Source: Polyangiales bacterium
Lineage (GTDB): Bacteria > Myxococcota_A > Polyangia > Polyangiales > JADJQN01
Direction of reading: 5' to 3'
DNA length: 64,000 nt
Assembly (NCBI GenBank): GCA_964202905.1
Contig: CAXNJO010000004.1
Coordinates: 288,001 to 352,000, forward strand
Part shown: positions 24,371 to 34,641 of the stretch, one piece after another
Layout: each line of letters begins with the position of its first letter
How positions within the stretch are numbered: position 1 is the first letter of the stretch
Notes under the pieces: model-generated
What the model was told of the DNA's origin: nothing
What the model saw: only the letters and a program-made list of their open reading frames with translations
Databases searched by the model: none
Translations under genes and position numbers: made by a program

Positions 24371-25132
24371 ATGCTTCGCAGGGTCAGCAGCGGATTGAGC
24401 GACATTGGTCGTCGGCGGATGGCGAACGAGGACGCGCTGTTCGCGGACGACACACTCGGCCTCTACGCCGTCGCCGACGGCATGGGCGGGCACAACGCGG
24501 GCGAGGTCGCGAGCCAGGAGGCGCTCGACACGCTGCACGGCATGGTCGCGCGCGGCGCCGCCGACATCCGCGCGCTCGAGGGCGACGCGCCCACGCCCGA
24601 GGACCTTCGCAAGGCGCAACGCCTGCTCGAGAGCGCGGTGCAGGCCGCGACGTACATGGTGTTCGGCATCGCGCAGCACGATCCGGAGCAGCACGGCATG
24701 GGCACGACGCTCTCCGCCCTGCTCGTGTCGGGCCGCGTCGCGGTCACCGCGCAGGTGGGCGACAGCCGCATCTACCTCGTCCGGGATGGCCGCGCGTCGC
24801 AGCTCACCGAAGATCACACCCTCGTCGGCTGGCAGGTCAAGCAGGGGATCCTCTCCCCGGAGGACGCCGCGCGCTCCCCACATCGCAACGTGATCACGCG
24901 CGCGATCGGCAGCCGCGAGTACGTGCAGGTCGACGTCCACACGCTCCAGGTCCTCGAGGGCGATGTGTTCGTGCTCTGCTCGGACGGCCTCCACACCTAC
25001 CTCAAGGACCTCCGCGAGCTGCCGCCCATCACCGATCTCGGCGCGACGGTCGCGGCACGACGCCTCATCGACCTCGCGAACGAGCGCGGCGGCAAGGACA
25101 ACGTCACCGCGATCGTGGTGGAGGTCTCGTAG
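24371..25132 (+). CDS. PP2C-family Ser/Thr phosphatase (Stp1/PrpC-like)
   Basis: GRRRMANED, VADGMGGH, MGTT, VGDSR, LCSDGL and GGKDNVT motifs. Confidence 0.95.
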   Translation: MLRRVSSGLSDIGRRRMANEDALFADDTLGLYAVADGMGGHNAGEVASQEALDTLHGMVARGAADIRALEGDAPTPEDLRKAQRLLESAVQAATYMVFGIAQHDPEQHGMGTTLSALLVSGRVAVTAQVGDSRIYLVRDGRASQLTEDHTLVGWQVKQGILSPEDAARSPHRNVITRAIGSREYVQVDVHTLQVLEGDVFVLCSDGLHTYLKDLRELPPITDLGATVAARRLIDLANERGGKDNVTAIVVEVS

Positions 25133-25236
25133 CGACGCGGAGCCCGCACGCCGACATCGTGGCGGGAGCACGGCGGCTGCGCGGGGTCGCGTGCCTGCTA
25201 GCCTCGCCGGACACTTCGCTTTTCACGGAGGCTCCG

Positions 25237-27066
25237 ATGATCGCTCACCGCCCCGCGCCTTCTGCGGCCCCCGCGTTTCGCCTCGCGCTGACCGGCGCGC
25301 TTCTCGTGTTGCTCACCGCGGCGCCCGGTTGCGGATCGAAGTCGGACGTCTCCGGTCGCGTTCCACGCGCGCCCCGCAGCGACGCCGGACCGCTCGACCT
25401 CGGCGCCGACGCCGACGCCCCCGACCTCGGCCCCGGCTACCTCGATGTCGACTGCGGACGACGCGAGCGCTTCACCTCCCCGCGACGCCCGCTCGCGCTT
25501 ACGGCGGTCGTCGACGCCTCGGCGCCGATCGCGGCGCGCGGCTGGTCCCTCCTCGACGCGCCGCCCGGCAGCAGTCCGCGCGTGACCACGGCGGACGACT
25601 CCGTCGGCGTCGAGCCCGACGTCGAGGGCGATCTGACGCTCCGCTACGAGGTCCGCGACGTCGAGGGGCGCGAGGCGTCGTGCGAGGTCGTCGTCCGCGC
25701 GATCGTCGGACCGCCCGCCGCCATCTGCCCGGACGAGCCCGTCCGCACGGCGCCCGGCGTGCCCGTTGCCATCGTGGGAGATGGCTACGACGACGTGCGC
25801 GTCGTCTCCTACGCATGGGCGGTCGCCACCTCGCCGATGGGCGCAGCCGCGCGCCTCGATCCGCGCGACCGCCCGACCACGATCTTCGTCGCCGATCTCT
25901 CCGGCGACTACGACGTCGAGCTCACCGTCACCGACGCCGACGGCGGCACTGGGAGTTGCCTCGCGCGCGTGCGCGTGGGCGGCGGCCCCGTCGTCGTGTG
26001 CCCCTCCTCGCCCATCACCGCGCCGACGCGCCAGCCGCTCGCGCTCAGCGCGACGGCGACCGACGACGGCGGCGGCGCCGTCACCGGACGCTGGGAACTC
26101 GTGCGCCGGCCGGCCCCGAGCGCCGCAGTGAACGCGCCCACCACGGGTCTCACCACGAACCTCACGCCGGACAAGGTCGGCGCGTATCTGCTGCGATTCA
26201 CGGCGACCGACCTCGACGGGCTCGAGGCGAGTTGCGAGGTCACGGTGGACGCGACGCCGACGCCGCCCGATGCGCTCTGCCCGCCCGTGATCGAGACGAC
26301 ACCGCTCTCGACGGTCGCAATCGCCGGGAGCGGCATCGACGACGGTGCGGTCGTCTCGTACCGCTGGGCGACGCGCGCGCTCCCGGCCGGCTCGTCGTCG
26401 ACACCGCCCTCCCCCGCGGACGCCGCAGCGACGCGCTTCACCCCGGACGTCGCGGGCGACTACACGCTCCAGTTGACCGTCACCGACGACGACGGCGAGA
26501 CCGGCGTGTGCGAGACGATCGTGCGCGCGCTCGTCGCGGAGGGCCTGCGCGTCGAGCTCTATTGGAACCCGCCCGATCGCTCGTGCCACACGAGCCCCGG
26601 CACGGCCGGCTGCGACTCGAGCGACGTCGACTTCCACCTGCTGCACCCGATGGCGACGCGCTGGTTCGACGACAGCCTCGACTGCCACTACAGCAACTGC
26701 TCGGGCGCGGGGCTTGCCTGGTTCGAGGCAGGGCGCGACGACGATCCGCGCCTCGACCTCGATCAGACGGACGGCTTCGGCCCCGAGAACATCAACATCG
26801 ACGTCCCCGCCGCGGCGACGTACCGCGTGGGCGCCCACTTCTTCTCCGACGACGGGATGGGCCCCGCCGAGGTCTACGTGAACATCTATTGCGGCGTCGG
26901 CAGCGCCGCGCCGATCGCCTCGTTCGGCCCGGTGACGCTGCGGAACGACCAGTTCTGGAAGGTGGCGGACGTCGCGGTCGGCGGCGGCGGCTGCCGCGTC
27001 ACCGACCTCGCGACGCCTCGCGGCCCCAGCATCGTCACGCAGGAGCAGGCGCGCGCCGCCCGGTGA
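25237..27066 (+). CDS. Lipoprotein with four PKD/REJ-like Ig repeats and a C-terminal YfaP-like domain
   Basis: GGAGG RBS, lipobox APGC, repeated F.PD..G.Y...LTVTD..G units, then LRVELYWN...DVDFHL...LDLD..DGFGPENI. Confidence 0.85.
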   Translation: MIAHRPAPSAAPAFRLALTGALLVLLTAAPGCGSKSDVSGRVPRAPRSDAGPLDLGADADAPDLGPGYLDVDCGRRERFTSPRRPLALTAVVDASAPIAARGWSLLDAPPGSSPRVTTADDSVGVEPDVEGDLTLRYEVRDVEGREASCEVVVRAIVGPPAAICPDEPVRTAPGVPVAIVGDGYDDVRVVSYAWAVATSPMGAAARLDPRDRPTTIFVADLSGDYDVELTVTDADGGTGSCLARVRVGGGPVVVCPSSPITAPTRQPLALSATATDDGGGAVTGRWELVRRPAPSAAVNAPTTGLTTNLTPDKVGAYLLRFTATDLDGLEASCEVTVDATPTPPDALCPPVIETTPLSTVAIAGSGIDDGAVVSYRWATRALPAGSSSTPPSPADAAATRFTPDVAGDYTLQLTVTDDDGETGVCETIVRALVAEGLRVELYWNPPDRSCHTSPGTAGCDSSDVDFHLLHPMATRWFDDSLDCHYSNCSGAGLAWFEAGRDDDPRLDLDQTDGFGPENINIDVPAAATYRVGAHFFSDDGMGPAEVYVNIYCGVGSAAPIASFGPVTLRNDQFWKVADVAVGGGGCRVTDLATPRGPSIVTQEQARAAR

Positions 27067-27124
27067 GCGCGCTCACGGGGGCGTCACGATCGCACCGATA
27101 ACGTCGGCCACTCCGGAGGTTCCG

Positions 27125-28810
27125 ATGACGCCCAACCGTCGCTCGCTCGCCCTCGTGCTGCTCGCCTCATCCCTCACCGCGGGGGGCTGCTCGCGTGACG
27201 AGCGCACCGTGCCGCCCGGGGGCCGCGACATGGGCACCGATCCCGTCGCCTGCACGAACACCGCCGACGCCGACGGCGACGGGCTCTACGACGAGTTCGA
27301 GACGGGCGACACCGACGGCGACGGCACCCCCGACGCCTTCGACACGGACAGCGACGACGACGGCATCACCGACGCGGAAGAGTCCGGCGGCACGGGCGGC
27401 TGCCGCGCCCGCAACAGCGATGACGACGGTCTCGCGGACTTCCGCGACAATGACTCGGACAACGATGGGCTCGGCGACCGCGAGGAGCGCGAGCGCTACG
27501 GAACCAACCCCTACGATGCCGACGGCGACGGCGACGGGTTCACCGACGCCGCCGAGGTCGCGACCGGCCACGACCCGGCGGACCCGGCGGACGGCGTCCC
27601 CCCCGACGACTACTACGTCGTCCTCCCCTTTGGCGGCGCCGAGGAGATCCGCGACCTACGCTTCGGCACGAACCTCCGCAAGGCCGACGTCTTCTTCATG
27701 ATGGACCGGACCGGCTCGATGACCGGCGAGGTCGACGAACTGCGGCGCAGCCTCGGCGACGTGGTCGCGCGCATGACGGCGAGCGTCGCGGACATCGGCG
27801 TCGGCGTCGGCGGCTTCGCGGGTTTCGGCGGCCCCGCGGGCGGCCCGTGCATGACGTTCTTCGGGATCGAGTCCTGCCCGGACGGTCCATCGGGCGACGT
27901 GCCCTTCAACCTGTACGGTGTGATCACGACGGACGCTGCGCAGATGCAGCGCGACGTCGACATGCTCCGCGCCGATCAGGGCGGCGCGACGTGGGCATCG
28001 AGCACCGAGGCGCTCCATCAAGCAGCGACGGGCGCCGGCGTCGCGCCGTGGCTTGCGCCGCAGAGCTGCCCCTCGGTGCCCGACGAGGTCGGGAGTCGCT
28101 ACGGCTACCCGTGTTTCCGCCCCGGATCGCTGCCGATCATGGTCGTGCTGACGGACACCTCGTCGAAGAACGGACCGCTCACCTCGGGCAGCGGCACCTA
28201 CGATGCGCGCGGCTTCACGATGGGAACGCCCGCGACGTACGACGCGACCCTCGCGGCGCTCCGTGGCATCGGTGCCCGCGTGATCGGCGTGCTGAGCGGC
28301 TCGGAGGTCGACTCGCCCACGCCGCAGCAGCAGTTCGAGGCGTGGGCGCGCGAGACGGGCACGGTCGACGCGGGCGGGCGCCCGATCGTCTTCAACATCT
28401 CGGGCAGCGGGACGGGCCTCGGCACGAGCCTCGTCGACGCGGTCCGCACGCTCGCCGAGGAGACGCCGCAGGACATCTCGACGACCGTGCGCGACGGCGC
28501 CGACTTCCCCGAAGGGATCCCGCCCGTCGACGCCGGGAGCTTCATCAAGGCCATCACGCCCTTCGAGGCCTACGACGGCGCCGCGCTCGTCGGAAGCGAC
28601 GACATCCCTCGCGACGATGCCCAGTTCTACGGCGTCACGCCGGGCGTGCAGGTGGTGTTCAAGGTCCGCTTTCTGAACGACGTCGTGGCCCCGACGCGCA
28701 GCTCGCAGATCTTCCGCGCCACCATCCTGGTGATTGGCAATGGGATCGCGGAGCTCGACGCGCGCGAGGTCGTCATCGTCGTCCCGGCGGGCTCGGCCAT
28801 CCTCATCTGA
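27125..28810 (+). CDS. Lipoprotein with Asp-rich Ca-binding (TSP3-like) repeats and an integrin-beta-like vWA domain
   Basis: GGAGG RBS, lipobox AGGC, DxDxDG repeats, ADVFFMMDRTGSM (MIDAS-like), STEALHQ, FRPGSLPIMVVLTD. Confidence 0.85.
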   Translation: MTPNRRSLALVLLASSLTAGGCSRDERTVPPGGRDMGTDPVACTNTADADGDGLYDEFETGDTDGDGTPDAFDTDSDDDGITDAEESGGTGGCRARNSDDDGLADFRDNDSDNDGLGDREERERYGTNPYDADGDGDGFTDAAEVATGHDPADPADGVPPDDYYVVLPFGGAEEIRDLRFGTNLRKADVFFMMDRTGSMTGEVDELRRSLGDVVARMTASVADIGVGVGGFAGFGGPAGGPCMTFFGIESCPDGPSGDVPFNLYGVITTDAAQMQRDVDMLRADQGGATWASSTEALHQAATGAGVAPWLAPQSCPSVPDEVGSRYGYPCFRPGSLPIMVVLTDTSSKNGPLTSGSGTYDARGFTMGTPATYDATLAALRGIGARVIGVLSGSEVDSPTPQQQFEAWARETGTVDAGGRPIVFNISGSGTGLGTSLVDAVRTLAEETPQDISTTVRDGADFPEGIPPVDAGSFIKAITPFEAYDGAALVGSDDIPRDDAQFYGVTPGVQVVFKVRFLNDVVAPTRSSQIFRATILVIGNGIAELDAREVVIVVPAGSAILI

Positions 28811-28901
28811 CGCCTGCGCCGCCGGCGTGACGCAGGCCCGACCTCCACGCGCCCCGTCGAGGCGTGGCGTGGGTTGCCGTGCGCCGCGACGAAGCGGGGC
28901 G

Positions 28902-30260
28902 CTAGGACGCGCCCGGTGCCGCGCCCGACGACACGGCGGCGGGGGCATCGTCGCCGAGCGCCACGCCACGGAAGTGCAGGAAGAGGCTCTGCACGATGCT
29001 CAGCGCGGGCACCGCGAGCAGTGCGCCGAGGAAGCCGAACGTGTGCTCCCCGGCGAGGAGCGCGAAGATGACGAGCACGGGGTGGACCTTCGCGGCATCC
29101 CCCATGATCTTCGGGTTCAGGAGGTTCGCCTCGATCTGGTGGATGCCGACGATCCACGCGAGCACGAAGACGGCGACCCCCACGCCCTGCTGCAGCGCGA
29201 TGGCGACAGCCGGCACGGAGCTGAGGAAGGCCCCGAAGATCGGGATGATCGAGAGCACCGTCGCGATGAGCGCGAGCACCGGCCAGTAGGCGAGCCCCGC
29301 GATGTAGAAGCCCACACCCGAGAGCACGCCGTTCACGACGCAGATGAGCAGCTGGCCGCGCACCACGCCGCCGAGTCCGAGGTCGATCCGCGCGCGGAGC
29401 GCGTCGAAATGCCCGCGCCGCTCGGACCGCACGAGCCCACGAAAAAAGCCGACGATCGCGTCGCTCGTGATGAGCAGGTAGGCGGAGATCATCAGCGTCA
29501 TCGACGCGACGAAGATGCCGCGCGCCACGCCTCGTACGAGCGCCTGCGCCGTGGCGAACAGCGCACCGGCGTGCGCCCCGCCCTCGCTCACCGCGCGATC
29601 GAGGAGCGCGCGGAGCTGCGCCATCACATCCCCCGCAACCCCCTCCGCGAGCGCACCAGCGGGACGCACGCGGTAGGCGCCCTCGCCGCTCGGCTCGACG
29701 TCGATGCCGCTCGCCGGGAGAAACACCTCGTACCCGCCTCCGGCGACGGGCACGACGCGGATCGCCGCGCCCCGTTCTTCGCGGTCGGGCGCCTCAGGCG
29801 ACCGCGGCGCCGGCATGTAGGACGCCGTCGCGCTCCGGATCGTCGCCTCGAGACGCGGCAGGAGGTCGAGGCGTGCGCGCTCCGCGAGGCGAGGCGCCTC
29901 GTCGGCGAGTCGGGTCAGCTCGGTCGCGAGCCTCGGCGCGGCAATGGCGATCGTCCCTGCGAGGGCCCCAAGCAGGGCGAGGTAGACGAGCACCACCGCG
30001 ATCCAGCGCGGAACCGGGCGCCCGCGCACGCGTGTCCGCTCGACCCGCGCCACCACCGGCGCGAGGAGGTACGCGAGCAGCACCGCCAACACGAACGGCA
30101 CCAGCACAGCGTGGAAGAGCGCGACGAGAGTGACGAGACAGGCGACGCACACCGCGAGGAACACCATGCGGCGGCGGGGAGAGCCGGGCCCTTCAGCGGG
30201 AGCGGTGTCGGTGTTGCGCGCGGTGCCGTTCAAGAGTTCGCCCTCGGGAAGCCGTCGCAT
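28902..30260 (-). CDS. AI-2E (PerM-like) family transporter; start uncertain
   Basis: PFVLAVLLAYLLAPVV, VRGQ, IPIFG, QIEANLLNPKIMG and VHPVLVIFALL motifs. Confidence 0.9.
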   Translation of the reverse strand: MRRLPEGELLNGTARNTDTAPAEGPGSPRRRMVFLAVCVACLVTLVALFHAVLVPFVLAVLLAYLLAPVVARVERTRVRGRPVPRWIAVVLVYLALLGALAGTIAIAAPRLATELTRLADEAPRLAERARLDLLPRLEATIRSATASYMPAPRSPEAPDREERGAAIRVVPVAGGGYEVFLPASGIDVEPSGEGAYRVRPAGALAEGVAGDVMAQLRALLDRAVSEGGAHAGALFATAQALVRGVARGIFVASMTLMISAYLLITSDAIVGFFRGLVRSERRGHFDALRARIDLGLGGVVRGQLLICVVNGVLSGVGFYIAGLAYWPVLALIATVLSIIPIFGAFLSSVPAVAIALQQGVGVAVFVLAWIVGIHQIEANLLNPKIMGDAAKVHPVLVIFALLAGEHTFGFLGALLAVPALSIVQSLFLHFRGVALGDDAPAAVSSGAAPGAS

Positions 30261-30449
30261 CGCGCGGCGGCGCGTCGCCGGTCGCAGCGTGGCATGCGCC
30301 GCGGTGCGGCGCCGAGTATGCGGCGCGACGGACCGCACGCCATGCCGCGGGCGCATCCAGCTCCGCGGTCGTCACACCACGCCATGCGGTGGGGACATCC
30401 GAGCGCACGCGCCGTACGGCGCGCCACGCGGAACGCGCGTCCAAACGCG

Positions 30450-30482
30450 AAAAAGGCCGACCCCCTCGCGGGGATCGGCCTC
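30450..30482 (-). terminator. Intrinsic terminator of rpsA
   Basis: On the minus strand: AGGCCGATCCCC-GCGA-GGGGGTCGGCCT followed by a T run. Confidence 0.85.
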
Positions 30483-30516
30483 TCTCATGGGTCCCGGCGC
30501 GGGGCCGGGGTGCGGC

Positions 30517-32295
30517 TCACTCCTTGGGAATGTCCGCGATCTTGGTCGCGCCGAGCTTCTCCTTGAGCACGTCGCCCAGGGTGGCTCCGCCGCGCCCGGC
30601 CGCGCCCGAGGGCCCGACGGTGCGCGTCGTTTCCGCCTTCTTCTCGGCGACGAACTTAATCGCTTCGGCGGTCTCGAGCTTCTGGTCGATGTTCTTCAGG
30701 GAGAGCGCGATGCGGCGCTCCGACGGGTCGAGCGAGAGGATCTCCGCCTTGACGATGTCCCCCTCCTTGACCACCGCATTCGCGTCGTCGACGCGGTCGT
30801 GGGAGAGCTCGCTCAGGTGGATGAGCCCCTCGACGCCGCGCTCGAGCTCCACGAAGACGCCGAAATCGGCGATGGAGATGACGCGGACCTCGAGGACGGT
30901 GCCCGACGGGTACTGGTCGGGGATGCGGCTCCACGGATCCTCGTAGAGCTGCTTGATGCCGAGCGAGACCTTCTTCTCCTCGTGGTTGACCGAGAGGATG
31001 ATGGCCTCGACCTCGTCGCCCTTGTGGTAGACGTCGGCCGGGTTGTTGATGCGCTGCGTCCAGCTGAGGTCCGACTTGTGGACCATGCCGTCGACCCCGT
31101 CCTCGATGCCGATGAAGACACCGTAGTCGGTCACGCTGCGGACCTTGCCGCGGATGATGTCACCCGGGTTGTACTTCTGCGTGAAGGCCGTCCACGGATC
31201 CGCCTCGAGCTGCTTGAGGCCGAGCGAGATGCGCTTGGCCTTGGCGTCGACGTCGAGGACGACGCACTCGACCTCCTGGCCGACCTCGAGGATCTTGCTC
31301 GGGTGCTTGGGCTTCTTCCACGACATCTCGCTGACGTGGATGAGACCCTCGACGCCCTGCTCCATCTCGACGAACGCGCCGTAGTCGGTGATCGAGACCA
31401 CCTTGCCGCGGACCTTCTTGCCGGCGGGATACGACTCCTCGGCGTGGTTCCACGGGTCTTCCATGGTCTGCTTGAGACCCAGGGAAACGCGCTCGGTCTC
31501 GGGGTTGTACTTGAGGACCTTGACGGTGACCTCATCGCCGACGTTGAACACCTCCGACGGGTGGTTCACGCGGCCCCAGCTCATGTCGGTGATGTGAAGG
31601 AGGCCATCGATGCCGCCGAGATCCACGAACGCACCGTACTCGGTGATGTTCTTGATCACGCCGGTGACGACCTGGCCCTCCTCAAGCTTGCCGAGGGTGA
31701 GGGCCTTGAGCTCGTCGCGCTCCTTCTCGAGGAGCACGCGGCGCGAGAGCACGATGTTGCCGCGCTTCTTGTTGAACTTGATGACCTTGTACGCGAAGGT
31801 CTGCCCGATGAGTTTGTCGAGGTTGCGGATGGGCCTGAGGTCCACCTGCGAGCCCGGGAGGAAGGCCTTGACCCCGCCCTTGATGGTGACCGAGAGGCCA
31901 CCCTTTACGCGTGCGGTGATCGTCCCCTCGATCAACTCGTCGCGCTCACACGCGGCGCTGATCTCATCCCAGACCTTGAGCTTGTCGGCCTTCTCCTTCG
32001 AGAGGAGGACGAGACCATCGTCGTTCTCCTTGATCTCGACGAGGACGTCGACCTTGTCACCGACGGCGACGCGCACTTCGCCCGAGGGCGTCGCGAACTC
32101 GCTGACCGGGATGACTCCCTCGGACTTGTAGCCGATGTCGACGATGACGGTGTCTTTGCCGACCTTGATGACCGTACCGCTGACGATCTCGCCTTCCTTG
32201 AGGGAGTCTGCCTGCGCGGCGAAGGCTGCTTCGAACAAGGAAGCAAACGTTTCGCCTCCGGATGCCTTCGTCGTAGTCGTATCTTCTGCGCTCAT
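30517..32295 (-). CDS. rpsA: 30S ribosomal protein S1
   Basis: Six S1 repeats (DIGYKSEG, AFLPGSQVD, YGAFVDLGGIDGLLHITDMSW, etc.). Confidence 0.98.
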   Translation of the reverse strand: MSAEDTTTTKASGGETFASLFEAAFAAQADSLKEGEIVSGTVIKVGKDTVIVDIGYKSEGVIPVSEFATPSGEVRVAVGDKVDVLVEIKENDDGLVLLSKEKADKLKVWDEISAACERDELIEGTITARVKGGLSVTIKGGVKAFLPGSQVDLRPIRNLDKLIGQTFAYKVIKFNKKRGNIVLSRRVLLEKERDELKALTLGKLEEGQVVTGVIKNITEYGAFVDLGGIDGLLHITDMSWGRVNHPSEVFNVGDEVTVKVLKYNPETERVSLGLKQTMEDPWNHAEESYPAGKKVRGKVVSITDYGAFVEMEQGVEGLIHVSEMSWKKPKHPSKILEVGQEVECVVLDVDAKAKRISLGLKQLEADPWTAFTQKYNPGDIIRGKVRSVTDYGVFIGIEDGVDGMVHKSDLSWTQRINNPADVYHKGDEVEAIILSVNHEEKKVSLGIKQLYEDPWSRIPDQYPSGTVLEVRVISIADFGVFVELERGVEGLIHLSELSHDRVDDANAVVKEGDIVKAEILSLDPSERRIALSLKNIDQKLETAEAIKFVAEKKAETTRTVGPSGAAGRGGATLGDVLKEKLGATKIADIPKE

Positions 32296-32492
32296 CCGCT
32301 CGTACCCTTTTTCTCTCTGTCGAGAGTCCCTTCCGCGCCACGGGATCGGGCCCCGTCGACGCATCGCTTGCTCCCCCTTCGTCCCCCCGCGAGGGCGCTT
32401 CGTGTGGCGCCGGCGCGGAACGGAACGAGGCGCCGCAGTGCGCGTGGTGCTTCGGCACACACGTCGCCCCCGGTCGCCACGAGGGAGCCGAC

Positions 32493-32521
32493 GGGGTAGC
32501 AGGGCCGTCCGACAGTGTCAA
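32493..32521 (-). promoter_or_regulatory. sigma70-type promoter upstream of rpsA
   Basis: TTGACA-N17-TACCCC with an extended TG; gives a leader of about 190 nt. Confidence 0.6.
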
Positions 32522-32569
32522 CGACCTCAGGCCGTTTGTCGCACGCCGCGCGCCCCATCACGCCGTGGC

Positions 32570-33247
32570 TCAGCGCCCGTCCCGCACGCGGACCACGAGC
32601 CCGGCGACCACCGCCTCGAGCGGCAACGTGCTCGTGTCGACGAGCACTGCGTCGGGCGCCGGACGCAGCGGCGCGACCGCGCGGCTCGCGTCGACCGTGT
32701 CGCGCTCGGCGATCTCGCGCACGATCCGCGCGAGGTCGGGGGTCTCGCCGCGCGCGCACAGCTCCTCGAAGCGGCGCCGCCCGCGCACATCCACGCTCGC
32801 CGTGAGGAAGATCTTCACCTCGGCGTCGGGGAAGACGACCGTCCCGATGTCGCGCCCCTCGAGCACGACGCCGCCCTCCGCGCCGAGCCGCCGCTGCAGA
32901 CCGAGCAGGGCCTCGCGGACCTCCGGGTGCTGGCTCACGCGACTCGCGCCGCGCGCGATCTCCTGGGTGCGGATGTCGCCCGAACGGTCCACGCCGTCGA
33001 TGAGCAATCGCGGCGCACCGTCCGGGCCGGACTCGAAGCGCAGGTCGAGATCGCGCGTCAGCGCGCCGAGCCCCGGACCATCCGCCGGATCGACCCCGCG
33101 CTCGCGCGCGACGAGCGCGACGCCCCGGTAGAGCGCGCCCGTGTCGACCAGTACGAAGCCGAGCGCCTGCGCGAGCCGCAGCGCACAGCTGCTCTTGCCC
33201 GCGCCCGCCGGGCCATCGATGGCCACCACCGGCCGCGCGCGCGTCAT
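32570..33247 (-). CDS. cmk: Cytidylate kinase
   Basis: AIDGPAGAGKS, DTGALYR and EGRDIGTVVFP motifs. Confidence 0.96.
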   Translation of the reverse strand: MTRARPVVAIDGPAGAGKSSCALRLAQALGFVLVDTGALYRGVALVARERGVDPADGPGLGALTRDLDLRFESGPDGAPRLLIDGVDRSGDIRTQEIARGASRVSQHPEVREALLGLQRRLGAEGGVVLEGRDIGTVVFPDAEVKIFLTASVDVRGRRRFEELCARGETPDLARIVREIAERDTVDASRAVAPLRPAPDAVLVDTSTLPLEAVVAGLVVRVRDGR

Positions 33248-34641
33248 GGGCGTACCCCTCCCCCGCCGGAGACGCCCGAGGAGGGCAGATCGTCGCTCGT
33301 CTCCTCGACGAGGTCGCCACCGAGCGCGCGCAGGCGCGCCGCGAAACCGGGGAAGCTCGTGTCGACACACGCGACGTCGTCGATGATGGACTCGCCGTCG
33401 GCGCGGAGCGCGAGCACGGCCGCGGACATCGCGATGCGGTGATCGCCGCCGCTCGCGACGTGGGCGGCGCGGAGTGGGGCGCCGCCCTCGATGGTCAGGC
33501 CGTCGTCGAGCTCCGCGCAGGTCACGCCGAACGCCCGCAGCACCGTGACCATCGTCGCGATGCGGTCGCTCTCCTTGACGCGGAGTTCCTCGGCGTCGCG
33601 GATCTCCGTGCGCCCGCGCGCCGCGGCAGCGAGCGCGGCGAGCGCGGGCACCTCGTCGATCATGCGGGTCACGAGCTCACCGCCGACGCGCGCGCCGAAC
33701 ACGGGGCCGACGCGCTCGACCAGCACGTCGGCGATCGGCTCGTCGCCCGCACCCGCACCCTGCGGCTGAAGACGCGCGGCCGAGCCCATCGCGCGGAGCA
33801 CGTCGAAGAAGCCGGTGCGGGTCGGGTTCACGCAGACCCCGCGCACGACGAGCTCGCTGCGCGGCACGAGGTGCGCCGCCGCGACGAAGAACGCGGCGCT
33901 CGATGGGTCGCCGGGCACCTCCCATTCGAAGGGATCCCAGCCTCCGCGCCAATCGCTCGGGTCGAGCACGACCATCGGCCCGAGCCGCTCGATGGGCACG
34001 CCGAGCGCGCCGAGCATCCGCTCGGTGTGATCGCGTGAGAGCACCGGCTCGCGGATCGCGGTGAGGCCGCGCGCGTAGAGCCCGGAGAGCAGCAGCGCGC
34101 TCTTCACCTGCGCGCTCGCGACGCCCATCTCGTGCTCGAGTCCGACGAGGGATTCGTCCTCGAGCAGCGGCGCGACGGAGAGCGGCGGGTAGAGGTCCTG
34201 GCTCTCGAGGCGCATCGTCCCCGCGATGTGCGCGCCGCGGGCGCGGAGCGGTTCGACCAGGCGCTTCATCGGACGCCGCGAGAGGGACGCATCCCCCACG
34301 AGGCGGGTGCCGAAGCGCTGTGCGGCGAGGAGCCCCGCGAGCAGTCGCATCGTGGTTCCGCTGTTGCCGCAGTCGAGGTGGCCGCGCGGGATGCGCAGGC
34401 CGCGCAACCCGACGCCTTCGACGCGCGCGACGTCACCATCGCGTGTGATGGTGACGCCCATCTCGGCGAGGGCGGCGCTGGTGGCGCGGTTGTCGAGGCC
34501 GTCGGAGAGACCGCGCACGGTGCACGGCCCCTCCGCGAGCGCGGCGAAGATCAGCGCGCGATGCCCGATGGACTTGTCCCCGGGCACGCGCAGCTCCCCG
34601 CGCAGCGGCCGTGTCGCGGTGCGTACGCGCCAGCGCTTCAC
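33244..34641 (-). CDS. aroA: 3-phosphoshikimate 1-carboxyvinyltransferase (EPSP synthase)
   Basis: PGDKSIGHR, CGNSGTTMR, SAQVKSA, RDHTE, RVKESDR and DHRIAM motifs; GTG start overlaps the upstream stop. Confidence 0.96.
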   Translation of the reverse strand: MKRWRVRTATRPLRGELRVPGDKSIGHRALIFAALAEGPCTVRGLSDGLDNRATSAALAEMGVTITRDGDVARVEGVGLRGLRIPRGHLDCGNSGTTMRLLAGLLAAQRFGTRLVGDASLSRRPMKRLVEPLRARGAHIAGTMRLESQDLYPPLSVAPLLEDESLVGLEHEMGVASAQVKSALLLSGLYARGLTAIREPVLSRDHTERMLGALGVPIERLGPMVVLDPSDWRGGWDPFEWEVPGDPSSAAFFVAAAHLVPRSELVVRGVCVNPTRTGFFDVLRAMGSAARLQPQGAGAGDEPIADVLVERVGPVFGARVGGELVTRMIDEVPALAALAAAARGRTEIRDAEELRVKESDRIATMVTVLRAFGVTCAELDDGLTIEGGAPLRAAHVASGGDHRIAMSAAVLALRADGESIIDDVACVDTSFPGFAARLRALGGDLVEETSDDLPSSGVSGGGGVRP

